From Trypanosoma brucei (Eukaryota): a stretch of 64,000 nt of DNA. Positions 40,576-50,879 of this stretch are shown here, piece by piece (the first letter of the stretch is position 1; each line of letters opens with the position of its first letter). Under the pieces are notes generated by a model that did not search any database, was not told the origin of the DNA, and saw only the letters and a list, made by a program, of their open reading frames with translations. Location: the NCBI GenBank assembly GCA_000002445.1, contig CP000068.1, positions 1,280,001 through 1,344,000 on the forward strand. Reading direction: 5' to 3'. The position numbers and the translations under genes were made by a program.

Positions 40576-43113
40576 TCAGTTGCCTCCACTCCCAACATGC
40601 CCAACGTTTCTACACAAGTCTCGAATTTTCTGGTCACGCTCTTGAAGTTCTCTATGCAGCTGCTCAACCTTCTCTCTATGTCCCGCTGTCATTCCGCGAA
40701 TCTGTTCCCTGTAGCTCGATTCAATCACATCTGCCTTGATCTGTATTTCCTTCAATCTTGCAGAAGACGAGATCATGTGGGAGCACTGGCTCCTCAGCCC
40801 CTTTGTTTGAGCCGAAAGATCTTCCTGGCGCCGTTCCAGGGTCACAATGGTGTCACGTAATTCGGAAGCGCGCAACGCAATCCTTTCCATTACGGTGTAC
40901 ATGTTGTTCAAGTGCATCACCATTTCAACCGGTGGGATTAACTGAAAGTGTGACTTAGCCTCCCGAACCTTGATGGTTAAAGAGCGAATAGAACCATCAA
41001 TTACCCCAAATTCCTCCTGTGCTGCCGAAATCGCTCTCTTCAGCGCCACACAACGACCCTCCATTCCTTTCAGCTCAGATTGAAATAAAAATTTGTTCAA
41101 ATCGCCTAAGGGGTCTGTCTCACAGACATCCGCATCCCCAGCATCGTTGAAAGACCTGTTCTTTAAGGTTTCCGCAAACACTTGGAAAAATTGGATGGGT
41201 TCCTTTTCATACGAGTTCTTTTCTGCATCAAAAAATGCAGTGGGGATCACACCCAGTTCTCGCACCACTAAAGCACCCAGTTCATGCTTCCGCGGACCAC
41301 ACCTCTCCCATACGGCTTGGGAAACCAGAATTTGCCCTCCGCGGGCCGTGGAGCACGCGTGTACAGTCTGAGATACCGCACGACCGTAATAGTGGCACCG
41401 GTAAGAATCGCCAACCGGTATAGACAGCGGCTCCACAAATGTATCACCTGTGTGAACCGCCATCGCCAGGCGCAGCCCACGAAATACCACTTCATTTGTC
41501 CCCTGACAACGCACCTCTGAGCCCCATGAGCTTTCGAGAAGGGACTGCGACCAAGGGAGCGTCATCAACCATTTTTGGGTCTCCGTGCAGAAACGACAGG
41601 CCGCTACCGGATCGTCGAAGGCGAGCAGCATTGATGTCCCATCACAGTAGCACTCATACGCACCGTACTGAGCCATTTTAGGGCGCAACACGCAGTTCAT
41701 CAAAGATACGGCAGCTTGTGCCTTTTCCGCATCCTCGACCCACATAAGGTCACCATTAAAGACGCGCAAGCATGCGAACACAACGTTCCTTTGGGGTGGG
41801 GGAACCGAACCGGAGTGCGATATGGCGTTCTCGAGATCATCACAGAAAAAATACAGTCGAGAAAGCGCACGATTTAAAGAAACTGATGCCTCAGAGCACT
41901 TCCCCTCAATCTCCACCAGCGCACGCGAAAGTCGCTCTTGCTTGGCATCGAGCTTCGCCAACAAACAGTCAAAATCTGATTCCTTCGAAACCGGCGCTTC
42001 ACAGTTGGTGTCTATGGTTTTCAGTTGTAGTAAGCGAGTAACAATTCGCTCAACCACCAGTTTTGCTTCTGGATCCTCGACAATACACCGTGGGGCGTAG
42101 AGGAGGGCGGCCTCCTGTACCTCCAAACTGTGAGGTTCAACAGCCTGCTCCGGGGCACAGCTAACAAACGCTGAGTAGATATCATCTAAGATGCGAAGAA
42201 TGTATATATCCCACTGCTTGAACCGCTGCTCTACTTCCTGAGAGGCCGCGTTTGCCAAAACGAGCCGCTCCGCGGCCGTCGCCGCCTCCTTCACAGCTTC
42301 TTCGCGCTCTTCAGATAGCTTCTTCTTTTCATCCTCCAGTCGCGCACGCATGTCACCGATGCGCCGCTCCGTTTCCGTAGACCTTTCCTTGTACTCAGAC
42401 TCAATGCGATGTACGAGGTTCTTCATAAGCGCCTGACCTTCGGTGTGACGCTCCTCCGCGACCCTGTTTGTAGCACGAACGGCCTCTAGCTCTTTTGTCA
42501 GCTCTTCTACACGAGCATTACAAAGGCTCTCCACATGGTCCAATTCTTGGGCGGCTGCTTTTTTAACATCATCCACCTGCTGTTGGTATATTTTTGTGAG
42601 GTTTTCAACGCGCTCATTGAGAACACGGCATTCGTTTTTCAACATCATCTGCTCCTTCTCGTGTTGCAACTTTTGCATGCGTAATTGATGCTCCATTGTT
42701 TCTTTGAGCTTGAGATGTTGCTCATTCTCACCCTTCAGCAGTCCCTCCAACCGCTTAACTTCGTCCCGTAGTTCGCCAATTTCCTCTTTAGATTTCTCAG
42801 TCATGGCGAACTCTATACACTTCGCCTCATGTTTCGCGTTCCCCAGTTTCGTCCGCAGTGACGAACACTTCCGCATCAGCGCCTCGATTTCCTTCTCTCT
42901 TAGTGCTATACTCATAACGTGACGCTGCTCAGCTGTTGTACGCCACGGTCGCTCCAATTCCGGTCGGTGAAAAAGTTCTTCACCCCGCTGTACCCCCGTG
43001 GCCGTTTTGAGGTATGTCCCGGGAGTACAACCGCCCCCATACACACCGACAGCTCGTGCAGCAGACGCTGACTCAGGGGTCTCCCACTTGTTGGGTGGTG
43101 CCTCGTCGGACAT
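40576..43113 (-). CDS. coiled-coil protein with a degenerate class III adenylyl/guanylyl cyclase homology domain (pseudo-cyclase); start trimmed to MSDEAPPNKWE
   Basis: The segment encoded at ~41295-41795 aligns with class III cyclase catalytic domains (e.g. the GRESAG4 catalytic core): VVFACLRV..., ...YGAYECYCDGTSMLLAF..., LRLAMAVHTGDTFVEP...GDSYRCHYYGRAVSQTVHACSTARGGQILVSQAVW. The first metal-binding Asp of the F(T)D(I) motif is replaced (FACLR) and the GDS Asp is displaced (DGTSM). Flanked by long heptad-rich regions. Confidence 0.6.
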   Translation of the reverse strand: MSDEAPPNKWETPESASAARAVGVYGGGCTPGTYLKTATGVQRGEELFHRPELERPWRTTAEQRHVMSIALREKEIEALMRKCSSLRTKLGNAKHEAKCIEFAMTEKSKEEIGELRDEVKRLEGLLKGENEQHLKLKETMEHQLRMQKLQHEKEQMMLKNECRVLNERVENLTKIYQQQVDDVKKAAAQELDHVESLCNARVEELTKELEAVRATNRVAEERHTEGQALMKNLVHRIESEYKERSTETERRIGDMRARLEDEKKKLSEEREEAVKEAATAAERLVLANAASQEVEQRFKQWDIYILRILDDIYSAFVSCAPEQAVEPHSLEVQEAALLYAPRCIVEDPEAKLVVERIVTRLLQLKTIDTNCEAPVSKESDFDCLLAKLDAKQERLSRALVEIEGKCSEASVSLNRALSRLYFFCDDLENAISHSGSVPPPQRNVVFACLRVFNGDLMWVEDAEKAQAAVSLMNCVLRPKMAQYGAYECYCDGTSMLLAFDDPVAACRFCTETQKWLMTLPWSQSLLESSWGSEVRCQGTNEVVFRGLRLAMAVHTGDTFVEPLSIPVGDSYRCHYYGRAVSQTVHACSTARGGQILVSQAVWERCGPRKHELGALVVRELGVIPTAFFDAEKNSYEKEPIQFFQVFAETLKNRSFNDAGDADVCETDPLGDLNKFLFQSELKGMEGRCVALKRAISAAQEEFGVIDGSIRSLTIKVREAKSHFQLIPPVEMVMHLNNMYTVMERIALRASELRDTIVTLERRQEDLSAQTKGLRSQCSHMISSSARLKEIQIKADVIESSYREQIRGMTAGHREKVEQLHRELQERDQKIRDLCRNVGHVGSGGN

Positions 43114-43593
43114 AAATTTAAAGTAACTGTCTAAACGGCAGAACTTTGTCCCAGCGTTAAATTGACAAAGACATGAAAAAGGAAGGATGCTACATGCACA
43201 CTGAATAAGCAGAAAAATTTGGCTCACTAACAACTGGTAGCGCACAGCATCTCCAACTCGGTAATCAAGAGCACTTCAAAGTACATTTGAACAAGGATAC
43301 ACATTAAAAATACGTACAGGGTCGGTGAGTGGTACCACAAATCGGAAAAAAAACAAAAAGTAAAGCATGAAAAAAAAAGACATTTACAGCAGCCGGCAAC
43401 GTAACTTGTCATGTAAAAATATCCTTTCCTTTATCACCTTGCCTTCGTCGCCTTCCTTCCAGCTGCTTCCTTTCTCTTTGCTCCTCTAGTTTCCCCGCAC
43501 ATTCTCCTCTACTTTTGCTCTTCTGTACATTCCGTGTGGGGGAAGGCTGGAACACATCCAAAAACAGCTTCCTTGAAAACTTCCCCATTCTGT

Positions 43594-45333
43594 CTACATC
43601 TCATATGGTATAAAGTGAACCTCGAGCGTCTTCTTCAGGCGGGAAACTTCATCTTCCGAAGAACGAAGCTCCTCTCGGCGCCGCGACTCACAAACACGCA
43701 AATCCTCCCGGAGTGCGTCAATTACCTCCTCTTGGTTGAAAATGCGGGCCTTCAGTTGTGTTTCAGTTTCAAGAGCCAGCTGCTCCCGCACCTCCATTTC
43801 GCGCGTCAGTTCAGAGATCTTCTCGGATAATATTGCTATCGTTCCCTCATGCGTCTCCACCTCCCCCTCGATCGTATTCCTGTGGGGGATGAAGTGCGCG
43901 TCAAGGAGGCGGCGCAGTCTCGCGATTTCCCCATCTTTCGCCGCCACTGCTGTATCGAGTGTGTTTTGGCTCCCTTGCAGTGTTGCTTGCAGCTGTAAGT
44001 GTTGTGATTTTAGCACTGCGATGTCTGAAAGAAGTTTCGCCTCCCGTTCTTTTGCCCCGTCCTTACTTTGTGCGACTAGCTGGCGCGCAGTGTCAAGTTC
44101 CCTTTCTTTCTCCTTTGCCTCTTCGGTCGTCCGCGATATTTCGATCTCATAAGCCCTTCGCTCGCTCAGAAGTTTTTGTTGAAGCTGGGAAGTGGCAGTC
44201 CGGTTATTGGCTATTTGGGCGTTAAGAAATGTTATTTTGTCGAAGTTTTCTCGTTCCTTCCGCCGCAACAAATGCTCAAGTTCCTCCATTCGTCTTTGAT
44301 TGCTCTCAAGCTCAACGAACGTGGCCTCCAACTCCTTTTCGAGTTTCTCCCTCTCGTTCTGCATCTCCTCGTTTTCCACAGCACGTTTTTCGTGGATGGT
44401 TTGTAGCTCTCCAGAGAGGTACTGCGAATCATGCTTGACTTGTTCCAATTGCTGCTTATAATCACGTAACACCACATCTGAGTTCATTTTTATGTCAGTG
44501 TTCTCTTTCTTCAATGCTTCTACCTCATCCTCGAACCGAGAGCACTTTGCCTCTAGCTGAAGGTACTTTTCCCTTTCGATGCTTGCCTGCCGCTGTTCCT
44601 CCTCAAGTTGCTCTTCGTAACGGCGTTTGTTTTCTTCAATTTGCGCATTGAGCATCTGCATCAAGGCGACATTTTTCCTGTCATCTGCCTCCCGTGTTTC
44701 TACAACCTCCTGCATCGAACGGTTCATCGATATTGCCTTTTCGAGTTCCCGTTGCAAACCAGCAATCGTCAACGCATGACTGCGTATCTCCCCCTCCTTC
44801 TCGTCCATACGCGCCTCCATTTTTATTCGGTACTCCGAATGATCCTCCTTCGCAACGCGCAGTTCTACACGGAGATTCTCATTATCGCACTCGATTGAAC
44901 TGATTGTTTTTTCAGTTTCTGCACGAAGATTGTTCAATTGCAACTCCGCTGTGTGCTTTTCCTGTACGAGAAGTTTCTGTTTCTCCTCCACCTCCAATCG
45001 CAACAGACCCACCTCATTCAGCAATGTGTCACGCATGAGCACTAATTGCTCAACCTGGACCTCGGATGCCATACGCTCCTCCCTTAACGTAGCAGTCAGT
45101 TGCTCCACCTTGGCCATGAGCTCCTTCACTTTTCCTTCCTTCTCACGGAGAATTCGAACCTGTTCCTCCTTCCACAGAGTTATGCGTTCCTCCTGCTCCT
45201 CTCGGTCACGGCGCTCATTCTCACGCTTCTGGATTTCCTCCCCCTCGGCTTCTTGTGCGCGGAGCTGTTGCATGCGGAGAATCTCCGCACTCACCTCCTT
45301 GTTACCCTTCTTCCTTCCCCTCTTCGGAGCCAT
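43594..45333 (-). CDS. hypothetical coiled-coil protein (579 aa) with duplicated C-terminal HFIP motif
   Basis: Almost entirely heptad/charged sequence. Two related C-terminal segments: IARLRRLLDAHFIPHRNTIEGE and VSRLKKTLEVHFIPYEM. Basic N-terminus MAPKRGRKKGNK. Confidence 0.6.
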   Translation of the reverse strand: MAPKRGRKKGNKEVSAEILRMQQLRAQEAEGEEIQKRENERRDREEQEERITLWKEEQVRILREKEGKVKELMAKVEQLTATLREERMASEVQVEQLVLMRDTLLNEVGLLRLEVEEKQKLLVQEKHTAELQLNNLRAETEKTISSIECDNENLRVELRVAKEDHSEYRIKMEARMDEKEGEIRSHALTIAGLQRELEKAISMNRSMQEVVETREADDRKNVALMQMLNAQIEENKRRYEEQLEEEQRQASIEREKYLQLEAKCSRFEDEVEALKKENTDIKMNSDVVLRDYKQQLEQVKHDSQYLSGELQTIHEKRAVENEEMQNEREKLEKELEATFVELESNQRRMEELEHLLRRKERENFDKITFLNAQIANNRTATSQLQQKLLSERRAYEIEISRTTEEAKEKERELDTARQLVAQSKDGAKEREAKLLSDIAVLKSQHLQLQATLQGSQNTLDTAVAAKDGEIARLRRLLDAHFIPHRNTIEGEVETHEGTIAILSEKISELTREMEVREQLALETETQLKARIFNQEEVIDALREDLRVCESRRREELRSSEDEVSRLKKTLEVHFIPYEM

Positions 45334-45641
45334 GTTTTCTCACCTTTGATCACTCTACTGAACCTAATAAATCCCGTAAGTAGCGGTAAAACTAACATGT
45401 TAGTGGGGTTAACGCAACAGCAGAACAGAGACGTGGCTATATGCCAGGATCAGGCAACGGCAACGTGTGGCGCCGCACCATACCGAATAGGTTTGTAATA
45501 AACGAAAACAAAAACGCAACCCATTTATCTCTGGAAACGGGCCGTCAACCAGAGAGTGCAAGGGTTAGAAAGGGCATCCCCAAAATATATCTATGGAAAA
45601 AGTTTGCATCGGTTTCGGAGTCACATAGCAACGGGTACACA

Positions 45642-46067
45642 CTAACCAAATACCCTTTGCGCAGACAATTCGGTTGGAAGTGAAGGGGTTTGAATTCCAT
45701 GAGGCCGACGGGCGCCAAACACGCACTGAAACATATCACCAACGTCTTGTTTTCGAACCTGTGTCACGACAAGCCGAAGTCGAGCGAGTGTCTCAAGTAA
45801 ACTAATGTACGTAAAGGAAGAGCAGTGTACACCAGTCACCTCTATGTAATCAACTAATCTATTTATATCCGTGCACAACCTACGCACATCAGCCTCGAAG
45901 GCACCAACACTACAGTATCCCTCTATCCCATCAACTATAGCCTCTATTTTGCTGTTAACTGTCGAAACGCGCTCTGTTGTGGAAATACCAGCGATCGACG
46001 AAGGCCACGAGAAACAGCTTTTGCCGAAACTCCAAGTGGCATCTCGTTTTGACATCAGTACCATCAC
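45642..46067 (-). CDS. hypothetical small protein (141 aa)
   Basis: Strand-consistent non-repetitive ORF. No homology recognised. Confidence 0.35.
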   Translation of the reverse strand: MMVLMSKRDATWSFGKSCFSWPSSIAGISTTERVSTVNSKIEAIVDGIEGYCSVGAFEADVRRLCTDINRLVDYIEVTGVHCSSFTYISLLETLARLRLVVTQVRKQDVGDMFQCVFGARRPHGIQTPSLPTELSAQRVFG

Positions 46068-46343
46068 CTCGCAAAAACGAAAAAGAGAGAAACTGGTGGG
46101 CAGTACAAGCGAAAACGTAGTTAGTTATAGGGAGCTTGTGTAAAGGGTAATGGGGAAAGTCCAATAGGGGAAGCACAACAAACCACAGCGCGCCCCCACC
46201 TGACCAGCAACACTTGACACACTGTATAGGAAAAGTGAAATAGCTCCACGCACCCCATAGTTGTGACGACATTTAAAAACGCCAACAAAAATATCATTGA
46301 TAATAATGAAAAAGTTAGCCAGTGAACAGCGACCTGAATATAA

Positions 46344-46928
46344 CTAAGAATTTTGAAGGTACTGTGATATCCATCTGAAGGCATCACCATAACCAACTTT
46401 CTTGACAACACTGCACATAAACACTTCAAGGGGTCTCACAGCAGGGTCAGTCACCTTGTTTTGCTTACCGGTGGAAAGTCCTGTTAACCCCATGGCTGTA
46501 ATAAGGTGATCCTCTGATACAGCACGTGGTAAATCGATTTTGTTTCCAAGAATAATAAACGGCGTCTTGGCAAGCTCTTCTGTTTGCAAAAGCATGTCAA
46601 GTTCTTGCTTCGCCTCTTGGAAGCGCTCAGGGTTGGCAGCATCCACAATGAAAACGACACCGTCCACTTTAGTGAAGTAATCCTTCCATAGGCGACGCGC
46701 TTCCAGATGGCCACCCATATCAATAGTCTTGAGCTTAATTCCACCGAGGGTAAGTTCCTCGACGTTTGGGTGGAAGGTGGGCCTGTGAACATGCACCTGG
46801 TCAGTAGCAAGCTTTCCAAGTAGTGTCGTCTTCCCGGCATTATCAAGCCCAAGAAACAAAATTTTGCCTGTCTTATTTGTGAAGCCAAGGAAGGACAGCA
46901 TGTCCCAAAACCACGAAAACAGCCCCAT
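46344..46928 (-). CDS. SAR1: small GTPase SAR1 (COPII coat assembly)
   Basis: MGLFSWFWDMLSFLGFTNKTGKILFLGLDNAGKTTLLGKL...TIDMGGHLEARRLWKDYF...IILGNKIDLPRAVSE...RPLEVFMCSVVKKVGYGDAFRWISQYL. There is near motif-by-motif correspondence with SAR1 (N-terminal amphipathic helix; G1 GLDNAGKTT; DxGGH; NKID). Start trimmed to 'cat' at 46926-46928. Confidence 0.9.
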   Translation of the reverse strand: MGLFSWFWDMLSFLGFTNKTGKILFLGLDNAGKTTLLGKLATDQVHVHRPTFHPNVEELTLGGIKLKTIDMGGHLEARRLWKDYFTKVDGVVFIVDAANPERFQEAKQELDMLLQTEELAKTPFIILGNKIDLPRAVSEDHLITAMGLTGLSTGKQNKVTDPAVRPLEVFMCSVVKKVGYGDAFRWISQYLQNS

Positions 46929-47156
46929 AGCCCCTACAACTCTGATAATAAGATGTGCAGTCGAAAGAAACACTAAAGGATACAACGAGATAGGGGAGAG
47001 AAAGTCTGTGTGGAAAGAATGCAGGAAGAGGCAACAGTGAGTAACAAGAGAGCCGGTAGGATCTGCAACCACTAAAGGGGTACACGCTGCCTATAAGGCG
47101 AGGCAAGCACTGTAGCAGAAAAAAGATTAAAATGCAGACGAATTTATATATAAAGA

Positions 47157-47576
47157 TCACTTTTTAAACTTCGATCGACCCTTAGGTCGCGGTCTATGTG
47201 GGCTGCACCAAGGCCGTTCGTTTTCGCTATCCCACTGCCGAGACAGTGTCAGTAGTTTGTGCTCCGAATTCATTACCGATTCCATATTCGCAAATTCTTT
47301 CATACGCACACCCTCGCAACATGTATGAAAGTGGTCCCTTTGGGAACGGGGAACAAACAGCGTTCGATTGCATAAGTGACATCGCTTTAGCAAAACATGT
47401 TTCGCCTTCAAAAGACGAGTTGGATCGTCTGGGTTCTCCTTTCTATATTTCCCCCTAAAATATCTCGGGTTGACCATCTGCGGTCGGCCGTTCAGAGCTA
47501 ATCCTGAGGGTCTGTTTTTCCACGGATTAAAGGCGGTGACATTAGCATGAGAAAAAAATTTATTTAACCTGAGCAT
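47157..47576 (-). CDS. hypothetical small basic protein with Cys/His cluster (139 aa)
   Basis: Strand-consistent ORF. CHLCNRTLFVPRSQRDHFHTCC cluster suggests metal binding. Basic C-terminus. No family assigned. Confidence 0.35.
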   Translation of the reverse strand: MLRLNKFFSHANVTAFNPWKNRPSGLALNGRPQMVNPRYFRGKYRKENPDDPTRLLKAKHVLLKRCHLCNRTLFVPRSQRDHFHTCCEGVRMKEFANMESVMNSEHKLLTLSRQWDSENERPWCSPHRPRPKGRSKFKK

Positions 47577-47860
47577 CTACCCTGGATCAAGCATTCGCAC
47601 TACATTATGCACAATACACATATGAGATGGAAAGAATTGTTATTAAAACTAATAATAACAGTAAAGTGGGTACAAGGAGGGAAGTGCGCACATAGAAAAA
47701 TACAACAATAAAGCTTCAAGAGAATAAAAAGATTAAACCAAAAACAAATAATCGGTGATGATATAAACTGGAAAAAACGTACACATCTATTTGACCTTTG
47801 CACCACTGCCGCTGTCATCTAATCTAAAAAATAAACGCGGTAACATTCAATAAAGTTTCA

Positions 47861-50641
47861 CTAATTCGATCTTTGCCTCTTTGCACCACAATTTCCCTCG
47901 TCACAGAGGTTTGAAATCAGGTTTGGTTCCCTCACACTTACTCTGCACAACGCAACTTCCATCTGTTGTATTTTCGCCTTGTCAACGGCTGTGATTTGTG
48001 CACCGGACTTTCTTGACATATCCTCTAGCATCCCCTTAAGTTGTTCAAAGCTCTTGATCCAGTAATTCACTTCTTCGTTGGCTCGATGTATCGCCTTCAT
48101 TGCCCAATCCTTTTCTTTAGCTCTGAAACATTCCGTTTCTTCGCGTTTAGCCTTTACTGCTTCCAGAGCCTTCTTATACTCTCCTTTGCGGGAAATTTCG
48201 TAGTCAAGCTTACTTCGGAGCTTCTGGGTTCTCTGCTCCAACTCGTCAACGTTACGCTTTTCAGTATCTAGTAAGCGGGAAAGCTCTCTCACCTGATCGT
48301 CTTTCTTCTGAATATCGGCAGCGTGCTGCCGCGATAGATCACTAATCTTCTCCATGAGGTTTTCACTGTTCTTTTCAGCTTTCTCCTTTTCATTCTCAGC
48401 GACGTTAATTTTCCTCGTAAGACCTTCCCTCTGCTCTACAAGAAGTTTCTCACTTCCCTCAACACGTGATTCGATTTCCCTCAACTTGAGCTCAAGGTGA
48501 GAACACATGTCCTCGGCGTTTCTTCGCACCTTTTCCAGGTGACTTAGTCTGCGCAGCAGTTCGTCGTTCTTGTTCGTGTATAACACACGATATTCCTCTG
48601 CCACAGCAAGCGTTTTCTCAACTGTCAGTGCGCTATATTGGTCAACAATATCTACAAAAAAACGTGAGAAGTGTTCTAACCAATTCGCCATCCACTGTGA
48701 CAATCTCATTCGGTCTTCAGAGTACAAAGTAGCCTCACGCAAAAGGTTTTCTGTTTCGATGAGTTTGTCAGAAAGAACCTTTTGGTTAGCGGTGCGGTCT
48801 TCATTATTGATATTCTCCCTTTCAATTTCTTTCCCCAGGAGAAAAAGTTGTTCTTTATCTCGTCGTGCACCCTCTTGGAGGTCTAGAATTTCTGCCTCCT
48901 TCGTCCTTAGTTCCTCAACCAATTCCTCTTTTCCCCGTATCAACGTACTTCTTTCAGCTTCCAAACGCAGCCGCGCCTCTGATAGACGTAATATCTCCGT
49001 ATCTTTTTGATGAGTCAACTCCTCAACTTTCTTTTTTAGTAAGTTTGTCTCCTCGTAGAAATGTGTCACTGCAGTATCGATATTGACGACAAGAATGCCG
49101 TGAATATCAAGGTTTTCATCAGCAGACTCTTTAGACAGACTCCACCTGGCAGCCTGTTCTTCGAGCTCAAGCACCTTTACCTGAAGCATGAAGTTATTCA
49201 GCTGCATTTCTTCAGTGGCAGAACGTAGCTGGGTAGAAAATTCAGAACTCTGCATAACCTTGCGATAGAGGTCCTCATTTCTTGCATTAGCTTCACCTAA
49301 CTGACCTGTCAACTTGTCAATTACCCCTCGTCTGGCGTCAATTTCAGACGTAAGATCTTTCGCCTCACGGCGCAGAGAATCAATTTTTTCTTCGTAATCC
49401 ACCCGCATGAGTACCAAATTTTCGTCCTTCGTATCCTGCATACTCTTCACTCGCTGGAATTCGGTCTCCAAGAAACTTTTTGCACTAACGACGCTCTCCA
49501 AATCCATCCTTGTTCGTTCGAGCGCACTTCGAAGCTCTTGAAGATTACTTTCCAATATTGCGGCTCTTCGGCTGCTATCGGTACGTTCTTGTTCAAGACG
49601 GTTCACATCAGCCTTCAGTTGACTGACAGACAGTTCATACTTCCGAGACTCAGCGCACTTCTCTATCACCTGATCGTTTAGCGCCGAAATCTTCGACCTC
49701 AATTCTACAATAACTTCTTGGTGTTTGGAAGAATTTTCAGAAGCATGCTCAAAATCACGACGCATTGTTTCCAGCTCCATCATAAGCAGCTTGTTTCCTT
49801 TTTCGGATTCTCGTAGGTCACAGTTTGCCTTTTCTACACGACCTTTTTCTTCAATGTTGATCAGTTTTGCCGCCTCGATTTGCTGGTTCAGTGTGGAGAC
49901 GGTGTTTTGCAGCTTCTCAATCGTGCTCTTCTGCATTCCTAACTGTACTTCGAGAGACTTTATCTCGTTGTCTTTCACATGACAAACCTCTTCCCACTTG
50001 GATTTTGCTTCCTCCAACTTGAAAACAGTTTCGTCGCGCGTATGCACATCGTTCTGCAATGCCTCGATACGGGAATGTAACAAAGTTATCTTCTTTTCCC
50101 CCTCGTGCGATAATGACTCCAATTTTGTTGTGTGGTCCTTCTCCCTCTGTAACTGCTTCTGAACTTCCTTCAGTGTGACGTTCAACTCCTTGAATTCATC
50201 CGCTAACTTCGAATAAGCAGTCCTTGATTCTTCAAGTTGTCTCTGAATGGTTTCGTTCTCGGTGATCCATTGTTTCTCTGCGTCGCACCACTTGGCTATA
50301 GAAGCATGAGCGTCACGACGAATTTGCTCCTTCTCACATTCAGCCCTAGCCGCGCGCTTCTGCTCAGCAACCAATGCAGATTGTTTTTCGGATAAGTCCT
50401 TTTGCAGGGTGTGACACCTCTCCTCTAATTTTCCCCGCTTCTTGTCGTCGTCCGTATGCATTAACTTTTCTCTACGTAGCTCAGCTTTGTCTTGTTCGAG
50501 AGTAGCTATCTGTGCTTGTTGTAACTTAACTTTTTCCTCAAGCTCACGAGTGTAAGCTTTCTCACGCTGCAGCTGAAACTCCAAATGTTTTTGGGTCCCT
50601 TTTAGCCCCTGTCTGGAATCACCTTTCGCAGGAGACTCCAT
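47861..50641 (-). CDS. hypothetical large coiled-coil protein (926 aa)
   Basis: Uninterrupted ORF dominated by heptad-like E/K/L/Q-rich sequence without motor or enzymatic motifs. Candidate cytoskeletal/flagellar structural protein. Confidence 0.6.
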   Translation of the reverse strand: MESPAKGDSRQGLKGTQKHLEFQLQREKAYTRELEEKVKLQQAQIATLEQDKAELRREKLMHTDDDKKRGKLEERCHTLQKDLSEKQSALVAEQKRAARAECEKEQIRRDAHASIAKWCDAEKQWITENETIQRQLEESRTAYSKLADEFKELNVTLKEVQKQLQREKDHTTKLESLSHEGEKKITLLHSRIEALQNDVHTRDETVFKLEEAKSKWEEVCHVKDNEIKSLEVQLGMQKSTIEKLQNTVSTLNQQIEAAKLINIEEKGRVEKANCDLRESEKGNKLLMMELETMRRDFEHASENSSKHQEVIVELRSKISALNDQVIEKCAESRKYELSVSQLKADVNRLEQERTDSSRRAAILESNLQELRSALERTRMDLESVVSAKSFLETEFQRVKSMQDTKDENLVLMRVDYEEKIDSLRREAKDLTSEIDARRGVIDKLTGQLGEANARNEDLYRKVMQSSEFSTQLRSATEEMQLNNFMLQVKVLELEEQAARWSLSKESADENLDIHGILVVNIDTAVTHFYEETNLLKKKVEELTHQKDTEILRLSEARLRLEAERSTLIRGKEELVEELRTKEAEILDLQEGARRDKEQLFLLGKEIERENINNEDRTANQKVLSDKLIETENLLREATLYSEDRMRLSQWMANWLEHFSRFFVDIVDQYSALTVEKTLAVAEEYRVLYTNKNDELLRRLSHLEKVRRNAEDMCSHLELKLREIESRVEGSEKLLVEQREGLTRKINVAENEKEKAEKNSENLMEKISDLSRQHAADIQKKDDQVRELSRLLDTEKRNVDELEQRTQKLRSKLDYEISRKGEYKKALEAVKAKREETECFRAKEKDWAMKAIHRANEEVNYWIKSFEQLKGMLEDMSRKSGAQITAVDKAKIQQMEVALCRVSVREPNLISNLCDEGNCGAKRQRSN

Positions 50642-50879
50642 CGACTGAAACAGAAACTACAGCCAGAAAGTAGAAATAATAATAATAATAATTTCGAAAA
50701 CAGCGAGAACGTCCAACGCAATGGGTAAATAATAGAAGGACGGCAAAAACAGTTGTGCATCCCTTCAACATAAAAAAGAGAAGAGAAACACATCACACAT
50801 ACTGAGTGTGATTTAATTAGGTGTTAATATTACGACGCACAAAAGAGGCCACTTCCACTTGGATTTTAGTCACAAAGTC

